Assembly: GCF_000012905.2 (NCBI RefSeq)
Contig: NC_007493.2
Span: forward strand, 1,740,001-1,772,000
Source: Cereibacter sphaeroides 2.4.1
Lineage (GTDB): Bacteria; Pseudomonadota; Alphaproteobacteria; Rhodobacterales; Rhodobacteraceae
Direction of reading: 5' to 3'
DNA length: 32,000 bases
In this document: positions 6,473 to 15,168 of the stretch, piece by piece
Layout: each line of letters begins with the position of its first letter
How positions within the stretch are numbered: position 1 is the stretch's first letter
Translations under genes and position numbers: made by a program
Notes under the pieces: model-generated
The model's database searches: none
The model's input: the letters and a program-made list of their open reading frames with translations, nothing else
What the model was told of the DNA's origin: nothing

Positions 6473-7054
6473 TCAGGCGGCGTGGGCGAAGAGGGAGGCC
6501 CCTTGCGCGGAGGGCGCCGGGCGGCGGAAGAGCGAGCAGACCGGGGCGCCCACGTCCGAACGGGCCGAAGCTGCCAGACGCTGCTCGCGCCGCAGGCGAC
6601 GAAGCTCGGCCAGCGCCGCACGGATCTCGGAGCCGGGGCTGCCGCGCGGGATGCGGAGGTCGTGGTCGGGCGCCTCGAGGAGGCCGCGGCCCCCGTCCAG
6701 CAGCACCACGATGAGGCGCGGGTTGTCGAGCTTCATGAGGGCCACCTGCTCCCATTCGGCGGCCGCCGCGCCTGCGGCACCGGGCCAGGAGATCACGACC
6801 GCGTCCGGCCGCCGGTCGGCCGGCATCCGGCGCCCGTCGAGAGCCACCGACGCCACCGAGGCGCCCATGGCACGCAGCGCCCCGCCCAGCGCATCGCTCG
6901 CCGCATCGCCGATCATCCCCAGCCGGAGGCCCGCAAGCACCCGGGCGGACCGCGACGGCAGGGCCTGACGCAGGCTGTCCGCCGCCTCCCCCAGGACGCG
7001 GAGGCCGGGAACCGCCAGAGACGCGGCAGACGGACGGGCAACGGCGCGGGACAT
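6473..7054 (-). CDS. 193-aa hypothetical protein, possible degenerate receiver-like fold
   Basis: ATG 7054 has an AGAGG SD and lies 137 nt downstream of the cheA3 stop. An alternating beta/alpha pattern (LRLGMIGD / ASVASV / DAVVISWPG / RLIVVLLDGG / DLRIPRGS / EIRAALAELRR) resembles a REC fold lacking the phospho-acceptor Asp. The long track ORF 6473..9055 is a 5' over-extension into cheA3. Confidence 0.5.
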   Translation of the reverse strand: MSRAVARPSAASLAVPGLRVLGEAADSLRQALPSRSARVLAGLRLGMIGDAASDALGGALRAMGASVASVALDGRRMPADRRPDAVVISWPGAAGAAAAEWEQVALMKLDNPRLIVVLLDGGRGLLEAPDHDLRIPRGSPGSEIRAALAELRRLRREQRLAASARSDVGAPVCSLFRRPAPSAQGASLFAHAA

Positions 7055-7191
7055 GGGGCAAGCCTCTTTCTCACTGGTGTACCGGAAGTCTGCCCCCTGC
7101 CGCGGCGGCCGGCAATCGCCATGCGCGGGGCCGATACGGATGCCCCCGGCCTTCTTTCCTTGGGGAGAGGCGCTACATCCCTTGGAACGGG

Positions 7192-10100
7192 TCAGCCGGC
7201 TTCGGCAGGCAGCGGCGGGCAGATCCGAATGGCCGAAAGCACCATGCCGACGTCGCCGCCTGCGAGCAGCGCGAGACCCGTCAGATGCGTGAGCCGCGCC
7301 AGCACGCCGCGCAGCGGCCGGAGCAGCACGAGCTGCTGGCCCACCAGCTCGTCGACCGGGATCGCCACCGACCGGGGCCCGGTGCCCAGCACCACATAGA
7401 CCCGGCGCGAGGCGGGCCAGGGCCGCTCGCGGTGGCCTTCCTGCGGGTGGCCGCGCAGGGAATGGATCGCCACGATCTCGGTCTCGCTCAGCCGCAGGAC
7501 GCGCTGCCCGCCGGCGGCCGAGATCGTCATGGCGGCGGCGGCATCGGCCTGAAGGATGGTGCGGATCGACTCGACGGGCAGGACATAGCGCATCCCGTCG
7601 ACGCCCACGACCATCCCTTCCAGCACCACCATCGACAGCGGCAGCCCGAGATGGAAGCGCATCCCGCCGCCGGGCAGCGGCACCGAGCGGAGCGCGCCGC
7701 CCGCCTGCCCCACCTCGGCTGCGAGATCGGCGAGCGCCGGGCTGTCGGGCTCCGGCGCGCCATCGTCCTGCACAAGGACCGTCACGCGCTCTTCGTCGCG
7801 CCAGAGGCTCACATGGAGCGTCCCCGGTGCGCCCCGATCCTGATCGAGGCGCAGGGCCACGAGCCCGCGCAGGAAGCCGCGCAGCCGTTCGAGCAGCGCC
7901 AGATCGAGCGCGAGCTCGTCGCCGGAGGTGGTCAGGCACACCTCGCGGCGGCGGCGGCGGGCGAGCGTCTCGGCGAAGGTGCGCAGCGGCCGCAGCACGG
8001 TGCTGGCCGGACGCGCGCGCTGCGTCACCGTCTCTTCCTGCAGCGCCGCGAGCTGGGCGGTGAGCTGGGTGCCCGCCTGCACGATCTCCTGCAGCCGCGC
8101 GCCATGCGCCTCGAGGAGCGCGCGCACCGGCCCGCGGGCCGCGGCCCAGTCGCCTGCCGCCTGCCGCACCAGCGCCTCGGTCGCTTCGGCGAGATCCGCC
8201 TCGGCCAGCTCGGTCAGAAGATGCTGCACCATGGCCTGATTGGCCGAGATCTCGCCGATGGTCTCGAGCATCTCGGGCGTGATCGCCGCCCCCTGCGCCA
8301 GCGGCGCCTCGCCCGGCGCCTCCACCGGGGCGGGCTCGTCCTGCCGGGGACGGAGCGCCTGCGTGAGCGAGAGCCGCCGGCCCGACGGATCCATCCGCAC
8401 CAGCGCCTCGATCAGGTCCGCCTCGCCGAGCCGCGAGGAGATCAGGAAATCGAAGAGCGTCTCGGTGCCGCGGAACACGGTCACGTTGGTGATCGAGCGC
8501 GCCTGATCGCCGCTCAGCCAGTCGAGGAAGGCCTCGGCGGTGCGGTCGTCGCTGTTGATGTCGGTGCGGACGATGTAGAACTGCTGGCCCTTCTCCATCT
8601 CCTCCACGGCCGCGCGCACGCTTTCGGGCGAGAGCACACGGTGGAAATCGGCCGGCAGGCCCAGCCGCCGCTCGATGGCGCCCGCCGTCACCAGCCCGTC
8701 CGACACGAAGCAGACGTTCGCCGCCTCCTCGAACAGCCGGTCGAGCACCTCCATCGCGGGCGTCTCGCCCTGCGCCAGCGCCTCGAAGGCCAGCTCGATC
8801 GTCTCGATGAAGCCGCGGGCGATATGGACGAGCATCGCATCGGGAATGGCGCCCTTGGCCTCGGCCCGGCCGAAGAGATCGACGAGCGACATGGCCAGCT
8901 GCGCCGCCGCGTCCAGCGCATGATGGGCGCAGGCGTGGTGGACGCACCGCATGAGGCGTTCGAAGCGGCCGAAGGTCTCGGCGAGCGGGGCGGACCGGAA
9001 GGCGTTCAGCGTGGCATCGAGCGCGGCCAGCGTCTCGGCCGCCTCTGCGGCGCACAGACGACGCAACAGACCGACCGGGCTCACGCCCGCGGCGACGGCC
9101 GCCTCGGGCATCAGCGCCTCGACCGCCGCAAGTTCCTCGTAGAGCCGGAGCCGGGCGCTGCCGAAGGGCTCGGCCCCTTCGGCCGCGGCCAGCGCCTGCG
9201 CGGCCTCGGCCACGCGGACATAGCCCTGAGCGAGGGCCGCCTGCCCGAGCGGATCCGCGGCGGCTTCGCGCTCCGCAGGCCCGGGCCGCTCGCCGGTGGC
9301 CAGGCGCAGGCCCAGCCGGCCAACCTCGGCCAGAGGCCCGGCAATGGCCGCAAAGAAGGGTTTTTCCTCCACCTGCGGCGTCGGCGCGGGCTCGTCTCCC
9401 AGAGACTCGAGCTCGAAGACGAGGGCCGCAAGCCGCTCGGGACCCTGACTGTCGGAGAGGAAGGCCGCGAGCGCCGCCTCCCAGTCCTCGAGACCCATCT
9501 GCCGGGCGGCGTGGCAGAGCCCGTCCGCCTCGGCGCGCGCGCCCTGTGCCGCGGCGCCGGGATCGGTCGCGAAGGCGTCGATCTGGGCCCGGAAGCGGGT
9601 GAGCGCGGCGGTCGCCATGTCGCGGAAGATCGCGCGATAGACGGGATCGTCGGCCAGACGCGCGGCCGGGCGCGCGGGCTCGGCGGCCGGAGGGACCGGC
9701 GTCTCAGCCGGGCCGGCCTCCGGTGGAGACCCGGCCGGGGCATGCCCCTCTCCGGCCGGTCCGCCGCCCGCCTCGAGCGGCACCTCCGCCGCCTCGCCGG
9801 TGTCGGGGAGGGCACTGTCGTCCAGAAGATCGAGAATGTCCGCAACCGACGGGAACGCCTTCCCGGCCACCGGCAGAACCTCGGCGGCAGCGGCTGGCGC
9901 CCCTGTCTCCGGGCTGCCCTCCCACGCCGCGGAAGGCTCCGCCGCCGAGGTGGCTGCGGCACCCGTCTCCGTCGGAGCGGCCCCCGCCTCCGTCGCGGCG
10001 GCCCTCTCTTCCGCCGTAGCGGCATCCACCTCTACCGGAGCAGCATCCGCCTCCGCAGTGGCGGCCCCTGCCCCGCTGCAGCGGGCGATCTTGGACCGGA

Positions 10101-10479
10101 GCTGATCCATCAGCGTTTCCGAGCCCGTGCCTTCCACATCGGCCCGGCTTGCGGCCGTCTCCTCCAGCATCGCGCGCAGCGTGTCGGAGGCGAAGAGCAG
10201 GATCTCGACGATCTCGCCGTCCATCGGCACGCCCGCGTCGCGCACGAGGCCGATCAGATCCTCGCAGAGATGCGCCCGGCTCTCGACGACCGACAGGCCC
10301 AGCACCCGCGAGTTGCCCTTGAACGTATGCACCGCCCGGAAGAGCGGCCCCACATGGGCGGCGGCATCCTCGCCCGCCTGAAGCGCCAGAAGGGAGGCCT
10401 CCATCGCATTGAGCGCCTGTGCCCCATCGTCGGCATAGAGCGCCCAGATCTCGTCCATCTCGTCGAATGCGTCGGACAT
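7192..10479 (-). CDS. cheA3: atypical CheA with an N-terminal Hpt (P1), a roughly 800-aa central region and a C-terminal CheW-like P5 (CheA3-type)
   Basis: A strong SD (GAGGGAGG) precedes ATG 10479. P1 carries FRAVHTFKGNSRVLGL. The last 146 aa form a CheW-like domain (VVGVDGMRYVLPVESI...). No intact N, G1 or G2 ATP-binding boxes are present. The architecture matches R. sphaeroides CheA3 as I recall it. Confidence 0.85.
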   Translation of the reverse strand: MSDAFDEMDEIWALYADDGAQALNAMEASLLALQAGEDAAAHVGPLFRAVHTFKGNSRVLGLSVVESRAHLCEDLIGLVRDAGVPMDGEIVEILLFASDTLRAMLEETAASRADVEGTGSETLMDQLRSKIARCSGAGAATAEADAAPVEVDAATAEERAAATEAGAAPTETGAAATSAAEPSAAWEGSPETGAPAAAAEVLPVAGKAFPSVADILDLLDDSALPDTGEAAEVPLEAGGGPAGEGHAPAGSPPEAGPAETPVPPAAEPARPAARLADDPVYRAIFRDMATAALTRFRAQIDAFATDPGAAAQGARAEADGLCHAARQMGLEDWEAALAAFLSDSQGPERLAALVFELESLGDEPAPTPQVEEKPFFAAIAGPLAEVGRLGLRLATGERPGPAEREAAADPLGQAALAQGYVRVAEAAQALAAAEGAEPFGSARLRLYEELAAVEALMPEAAVAAGVSPVGLLRRLCAAEAAETLAALDATLNAFRSAPLAETFGRFERLMRCVHHACAHHALDAAAQLAMSLVDLFGRAEAKGAIPDAMLVHIARGFIETIELAFEALAQGETPAMEVLDRLFEEAANVCFVSDGLVTAGAIERRLGLPADFHRVLSPESVRAAVEEMEKGQQFYIVRTDINSDDRTAEAFLDWLSGDQARSITNVTVFRGTETLFDFLISSRLGEADLIEALVRMDPSGRRLSLTQALRPRQDEPAPVEAPGEAPLAQGAAITPEMLETIGEISANQAMVQHLLTELAEADLAEATEALVRQAAGDWAAARGPVRALLEAHGARLQEIVQAGTQLTAQLAALQEETVTQRARPASTVLRPLRTFAETLARRRRREVCLTTSGDELALDLALLERLRGFLRGLVALRLDQDRGAPGTLHVSLWRDEERVTVLVQDDGAPEPDSPALADLAAEVGQAGGALRSVPLPGGGMRFHLGLPLSMVVLEGMVVGVDGMRYVLPVESIRTILQADAAAAMTISAAGGQRVLRLSETEIVAIHSLRGHPQEGHRERPWPASRRVYVVLGTGPRSVAIPVDELVGQQLVLLRPLRGVLARLTHLTGLALLAGGDVGMVLSAIRICPPLPAEAG

Positions 10480-10505
10480 GGGGTGCCTCCCTCTCGCGCG
10501 CCGCC

Positions 10506-10910
10506 TCAGGCGGCCATCAGCGTCCGCATGGTGCGGGCAAGCTCGCCGCCGGTCTTCTCTTCGAGATCATGCGAGACCGTGCCCGAGGGCTTGGCCACCA
10601 CGCCGTCGGCGCCCAGCTCGCGCGCCCGCGCCGCATGGGGCGAGCCCGAGACGGCGACCGAGGACAGCATGCAGATCTTGGCCCGGGTCTTCAGCTTGGC
10701 GTGGCGCAGGAATTCCATTCCGTCCATCACCGGCATCTCGATGTCGAGCAGGATCAGGTCGACGTTGGGCTGGGCGGCGAGCTTGTCCAGCGCCTCCTGG
10801 CCGTTCGCGGCCTGGGCCACGACCTTGAAGTCCGGCAGGGTCTTGATGAAGCTCGCGATATAGAGACGCATCATGGCGGCGTCGTCCACGATCATGACAT
10901 TGTAGGGCAT
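10506..10910 (-). CDS. cheY6: CheY-like single-domain response regulator
   Basis: GGAGAG SD. Motifs are MIVDDAAMMR, DLILLDIEMPVMDG and VVAKP. Its position between tlpT and cheA3 is as in cheOp3. Confidence 0.85.
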   Translation of the reverse strand: MPYNVMIVDDAAMMRLYIASFIKTLPDFKVVAQAANGQEALDKLAAQPNVDLILLDIEMPVMDGMEFLRHAKLKTRAKICMLSSVAVSGSPHAARARELGADGVVAKPSGTVSHDLEEKTGGELARTMRTLMAA

Positions 10911-11113
10911 CGGTCTCTCCGTGGTTGGCGGTGCGGGACGGATCGTCCCGCGGAGGGCACCGCGCAGGCCTCAGGCCCGGCGCGGAAGAAGGGTGCCGGA
11001 TGGTCTCCGGCGGGTCGGCGGGGCCGGACGGGATCCGGCCGGGGGCAAGCGACCCGGAAGGGGCCGGTCCGGACGGGCGGGCCGGAGCCCTGCCCCACCG
11101 GGCCGGCCGCGTC

Positions 11114-12817
11114 TCAGAAGTCGCCGAAGCCCCGCTCGTCGCGGTCGGCGCAGGGGGCGCCGGCCGGCCGGAAGGCGCCGGCGGGCGCGGCGATCGGGCG
11201 GGCGGCGGGCAGGCCCATCTGGGCCGCCACCATCTGCTGCAGCTGGGCCAGCATCTCGGGCGGCAGCGCCTCGAGCGCGGGCAGCGTCAGGGCGCCCTCG
11301 TGCGCCTCGCGCAGCTTGAAGCGACCGATCTCGGTCCGCATCGCCTCGGCCGCGGCCTGCATCTGGGTGGCCGAGGAGGCCAGCTCATCCGCCTGCTGGC
11401 TGGTCGAGAGCGCGGATTTCGCCACCTCGCCGATGGCCGTCGAGATCTGGGCCACGTTGCGCGTCTGCTCGTCCGAGGCGCGCGAGATGTCCTGCACCAG
11501 CGCCTTCACCTTCTCGATGTCGTCCACGATCGAGACGAACGAGCGCGAGGTCTCGGTCGCGATCCGCACGCCGGCCTGCACCCGGGTGCCCGCATCCTCG
11601 ATCAGCTCCGACGTCTCGCGCGCGGCCTTGGCCGAGCGGCCGGCGAGGTTGCGCACCTCGTGGGCAACGACCGCGAAGCCGCGCCCGTGCTGGCCCGCCC
11701 GCGCCGCCTCGACGGCCGCGTTCAGCGCCAGAAGGTTGGTCTGGAAGGCGATCTCATCGATCACCTTGATGATCTTGGCGATGCCCTGCGAGGAGATGCG
11801 GATCCCCTCCATCGCCTGCACCATCTCGGTCACCTTCTCGCGGCCTTCGGCGGCGACGGTGGCCGCCCCCTCGACGAGCAGGCTTGCCGAGCGCGCGGCG
11901 GCGGCATTGGCCTTCACCTGGCTGTCGGTCTCTTCGGCCGAGGCCGAGACCTCGTCCACCGACGAGGATTGCACGGCCGAGTTGGAGGCCAGCGACTGCG
12001 AGGCCTGGCTCACCTGCGAGACGGTCTGCGCGGTCTGTTCGAGCTGGACCGAGAGCGAGCGGAAGACGCCGTTGAGGCTCGCATAGGTCCGCTCGAAGGA
12101 GCGCACGATCTCGACGAACTCGCCCGAGAACTTGCTCAGGTCCACCTCCCGGTCGAGGCGGCCGTCGACGATGCTGTCCGACAGCATGGCGACCTCGGCC
12201 GTCACCGCCTTCATATTGGCGCGGAACCGGTCGATGACGCGGTTGACCATGGCCATGCGGCCCGGCCACTGGCGGATGCCCGCGTCGAAATTGCCCTCGC
12301 CGATGGCCTCGAAGCAGCCCACGGCCTCCTCGAGCGAGCGGACCTGCCCCTCCACCATGCCGTTGAGCGCCTGGGCCACCTCGCCCAGATCGCCCGGATA
12401 GGCCGAGGCCTCGATCCGGCGGTCGAGATCGCCCGCGGCATGGGCGGCCGAGACGATCCGCACCTCGGCCAGAAGCCGGGCCACGGCGCGCGCGGCCTCG
12501 CCGTCATTGCCGTGCGGGGCCGCCGGGGCCTCCGCCGGCGCCGGAGCGGGTGCGGGGTCTGCCGAGATCCTGACGGCTGCGGCCGGCACGGCCTTGGCGG
12601 CCACGCGCTTCCGGGGCGCCTTCGGCGCCTTCGCGGTCGGAGCGGCGGCGCGCGCGCCCCTGGGCTTGCGCGGGGCGGCGGGCTCGAGCGCCACGGCGGG
12701 CAGGGGCGCCTCGGCCTCGGCCTCGGTCTCGGGCGCGGCCAGCCAGTCGAGCGGGTCGTTCGTCAGGCGCGGCGCCGCGGCCGGCGTCGGAGCGGTCGTC
12801 TTGGGGCGGCGTGTCAT
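11114..12817 (-). CDS. tlpT: soluble (no TM) methyl-accepting chemotaxis protein
   Basis: The MCP signalling hairpin is [37 protein letters not shown]. There is no hydrophobic TM segment, and the N-terminus is Ala/Pro/Lys-rich. Its ATG overlaps the ppfA stop (ATGA). Confidence 0.85.
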   Translation of the reverse strand: MTRRPKTTAPTPAAAPRLTNDPLDWLAAPETEAEAEAPLPAVALEPAAPRKPRGARAAAPTAKAPKAPRKRVAAKAVPAAAVRISADPAPAPAPAEAPAAPHGNDGEAARAVARLLAEVRIVSAAHAAGDLDRRIEASAYPGDLGEVAQALNGMVEGQVRSLEEAVGCFEAIGEGNFDAGIRQWPGRMAMVNRVIDRFRANMKAVTAEVAMLSDSIVDGRLDREVDLSKFSGEFVEIVRSFERTYASLNGVFRSLSVQLEQTAQTVSQVSQASQSLASNSAVQSSSVDEVSASAEETDSQVKANAAAARSASLLVEGAATVAAEGREKVTEMVQAMEGIRISSQGIAKIIKVIDEIAFQTNLLALNAAVEAARAGQHGRGFAVVAHEVRNLAGRSAKAARETSELIEDAGTRVQAGVRIATETSRSFVSIVDDIEKVKALVQDISRASDEQTRNVAQISTAIGEVAKSALSTSQQADELASSATQMQAAAEAMRTEIGRFKLREAHEGALTLPALEALPPEMLAQLQQMVAAQMGLPAARPIAAPAGAFRPAGAPCADRDERGFGDF

Positions 12818-13539
12818 GTCCTGGTTCCCTTTCGTCTGGCGCGGCGCCCGCTCGGCATGAGGAGGCGGGCGAGAGCTGCGTGGTCTGATGCGCCCGTACT
12901 GGCGGGCGCATGGGTGAAGATGGTCCGGCCCCGCCCCGGCGCCTCGGCGAGCTTGACCGAGGAGCGGATGGCGACCGGCAGGAAGCTCTCGCCGAACCGT
13001 TCGGCGAGACGGGCGCGCACTTCGCGGTGGACGGCGAGCCGGTCCGAGACGCGGGTGGCGAGCAGGCGCAGGCGGCTCCAGTCGAGGCCCGCGCCCTGCA
13101 TGGTGCGCAGGAGCCGGTTCAGGCCCTGCAGCCCGAGAAAATCGGGCTCGAGCGGGCAGATCACGAGGTCGGCGCCCTGCATGAGGCGGGCGAGCCCGTC
13201 CGACCAGCTGGGCGGCGCGTCGATCAGCACCCAGTCGAAGCCGCTGTCGGGGAAGGCCTCACCGACCACCGCGGGCGCCTCGGGCGCGCCCGGAACCAGC
13301 CAGAGGCCGGGCTCGTCCGGCACGGCCAGAGGCTCGCCGGGCCGGCCCGCGAGCCAGTCCGCGACGCTCCAGCCCGGCTCTTCGGAGGCGAGGCCGAGCG
13401 CGGCCGTCAGGTGCATCTGCGGATCGAGATCCACGAGAAGCACCCGGCCCGCCCCCGCGCGGACGAGCGCCGCGCCGAGGTTGGCCGCGGTGGTGGTCTT
13501 GCCCACGCCCCCCTTCTGGTTGCAGATCATCGCCCGCAA
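12814..13539 (-). CDS. ppfA: ParA/MinD-family ATPase (chemoreceptor-cluster partitioning protein)
   Basis: It has the deviant Walker [17 protein letters not shown] and [11 protein letters not shown] 13539 is supported by a GGAGG 8 nt upstream; an ATG at 13530 is the alternative start. Confidence 0.85.
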   Translation of the reverse strand: MRAMICNQKGGVGKTTTAANLGAALVRAGAGRVLLVDLDPQMHLTAALGLASEEPGWSVADWLAGRPGEPLAVPDEPGLWLVPGAPEAPAVVGEAFPDSGFDWVLIDAPPSWSDGLARLMQGADLVICPLEPDFLGLQGLNRLLRTMQGAGLDWSRLRLLATRVSDRLAVHREVRARLAERFGESFLPVAIRSSVKLAEAPGRGRTIFTHAPASTGASDHAALARLLMPSGRRARRKGTRT

Positions 13540-13542
13540 GGC

Positions 13543-14052
13543 TCAGGCCTCCAGCTCGGCGGGCAGCGCCAGATCGCCGTCGGCCACCAGCACCTCGGCA
13601 TCGAGCAGGATCGTCACCCGGTCTCCCACCCGCGCGAGGCCCATCACCGGGCTGCGGCTGCGGCCGAACTGGCCCGGCCGGTCGATCTGGGCGGGCGGGA
13701 TGTCGAGCACCTCGCTCACGCCATCCACGATCAGCCCCACCGGGGCCGCCGCCACCTCGAGCACGATGATGACCGTGCGGTCGTCATAGGCGCGCTCGGC
13801 CATGCCGAAGCGCAGCCGCACATCGACGAGCGGGATCACCTTGCCGCGCAGGTTGATGACGCCCTTGATCCAGGCGGGCACATCCGGCACGCCCATGATC
13901 CGCTGCATCCCCACGATCTCGGTCACGCCGCCGATGCCTACGCCGTAATCCTCGCCGCCGAGCGCGAAGGTGAGATACATGTCCTCGACATTGTCCGTCT
14001 CGGAGAGCGGCTGGCCCTCGGCGCGGGCGGTGCGGGTCAGGTCTTCGGGCAT
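13543..14052 (-). CDS. cheW4: CheW coupling protein
   Basis: CheW domain motifs are YLTFALGGEDYGVGI..VTEI.., VINLRGKVIPLVDVR and IIVLEV. ATG 14052 has a GGAGA SD 7 nt upstream; the track start GTG 14055 is the alternative. Confidence 0.85.
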   Translation of the reverse strand: MPEDLTRTARAEGQPLSETDNVEDMYLTFALGGEDYGVGIGGVTEIVGMQRIMGVPDVPAWIKGVINLRGKVIPLVDVRLRFGMAERAYDDRTVIIVLEVAAAPVGLIVDGVSEVLDIPPAQIDRPGQFGRSRSPVMGLARVGDRVTILLDAEVLVADGDLALPAELEA

Positions 14053-14070
14053 CACGCCGTCTCCTCTGGT

Positions 14071-15168
14071 TCAGTCGTTTGACGCGAGGCTGGGCGCCCG
14101 CGTGTCCGCCGCCGCGGCCAGCATCATGCGGGCCGGGATATCGTCGAGCGTCAGGATCTCTTCGGCCGCCCGCAGGTCGCGTGCTGCAAGCGGCATGCCG
14201 AAGACGGCCGACGAGCCCTCGTCCTGCGCGAAGGTGCGCCCGCCGGCGCGGCGGATCGCGAGAAGACCGGCCGCGCCGTCGCGCCCCATGCCGGTCAGGA
14301 GCGCGGCCGAGACGCGCGGACCGGCGGCCGCGGCCAGCGACAGGAACATCCGGTCGACCGAGGGGCGCGAGTAGGAGACCGGTGCCCCCGCCACGAGCCG
14401 AACCCGGCAGACCCCGCCCGCCCGCTCGATCTCCATGTGGCGCAGCCCGCCGGGCGCGATCAGCACGAGGCCCGGCAGCACGAGATCGCCGTCGGCCGCT
14501 TCGCGCACCCGCATCCGGCAGAGCGCATCGAGGCGGCGCGCGAAGGCCGCGGTGAAGCCCTCGGGCATGTGCTGGACGACGAGGAGGCCGGGCGACTGGG
14601 CCGGGAAGAAGGGCAGGATGCGGCTCAGGGCCTGCACCCCGCCGGTGGAGGCGCCGAGCGCGTGGATCCAGTCCTCCGAGGCACCGGTCGCGACGGGGGC
14701 GGGCGCCGCGCCGTCGGGCGGCGCGAGCCGCGCGCGCGCCGCAGCCCAGACCCGGGCACAGACGTCGCGCATGATCGCGGGCAGCCCCTGGCCTGCGCCG
14801 AGCGAGGGTTTCGAGATGATGTCGACGGCGCCCGCCTCCATGGCGCGCATGGCCGTCTCGCCGCTCGTCCGCGTGAGCGAGGAGATGACGACCGTGGGCA
14901 CCGGCGCGCTCTCCATGTAGCTGCGCAGGAAGGTGAGACCGTCCATCTGCGGCATCTCGAGATCGAGCGTCACCACGTCGGGCTTCAGCGCGGCCATCTG
15001 CGCGCGCGCGGCTTCGGCGCCCGAGGCGGTGCCCACCACCTCGAGCCGCGGGTCGGTCGAAAGCCCCAGCGCCAGCGCCTGCCGGACCATGGCGGAATCG
15101 TCCACGATCAGCACGCGGGTGCGCCCCTCGCGGGCCCTCGCGGCCATCAGGGTATTGCCAACCTTCAT
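14071..15168 (-). CDS. cheB2: CheB methylesterase (REC plus CheB_methylest domains)
   Basis: The REC domain has VLIVDDSAMVR and DVVTLDLEMPQMDG. The esterase domain has ALGASTGG, VVQHMP and LTGMGRDGA. Its ATG overlaps the cheR stop (TGATG). Confidence 0.9.
   Translation of the reverse strand: MKVGNTLMAARAREGRTRVLIVDDSAMVRQALALGLSTDPRLEVVGTASGAEAARAQMAALKPDVVTLDLEMPQMDGLTFLRSYMESAPVPTVVISSLTRTSGETAMRAMEAGAVDIISKPSLGAGQGLPAIMRDVCARVWAAARARLAPPDGAAPAPVATGASEDWIHALGASTGGVQALSRILPFFPAQSPGLLVVQHMPEGFTAAFARRLDALCRMRVREAADGDLVLPGLVLIAPGGLRHMEIERAGGVCRVRLVAGAPVSYSRPSVDRMFLSLAAAAGPRVSAALLTGMGRDGAAGLLAIRRAGGRTFAQDEGSSAVFGMPLAARDLRAAEEILTLDDIPARMMLAAAADTRAPSLASND

Noticed and set aside
7128-7135. GCCGATAC, resembling a sigma28 -10 box (GCCGATAA)
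   Set aside because: It is on the plus strand pointing into the antisense of cheA3, with no TAAA-like -35 at the right spacing and no downstream plus-strand gene.
7055-9055. 5' extension of the 6473..9055 minus-strand ORF (860 aa)
   Set aside because: The extension overlaps cheA3 in another frame and is Arg/Gly-rich. A well-placed ATG with an SD at 7054 gives a 193-aa product beginning after the cheA3 stop.
7285-10863. 1192-aa ORF on the plus strand
   Set aside because: It is antisense to cheA3 and cheY6. Its Arg/Gly/Pro/His-rich composition is typical of shadow ORFs in roughly 70% GC DNA. It has no SD, and the opposite strand carries clear conserved domains.
10982-10999. Minus-strand CGGCAC-N5-TTCC in the tlpT-cheY6 gap as an internal sigma54 promoter
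   Set aside because: The invariant -12 GC dinucleotide is missing (CC instead).
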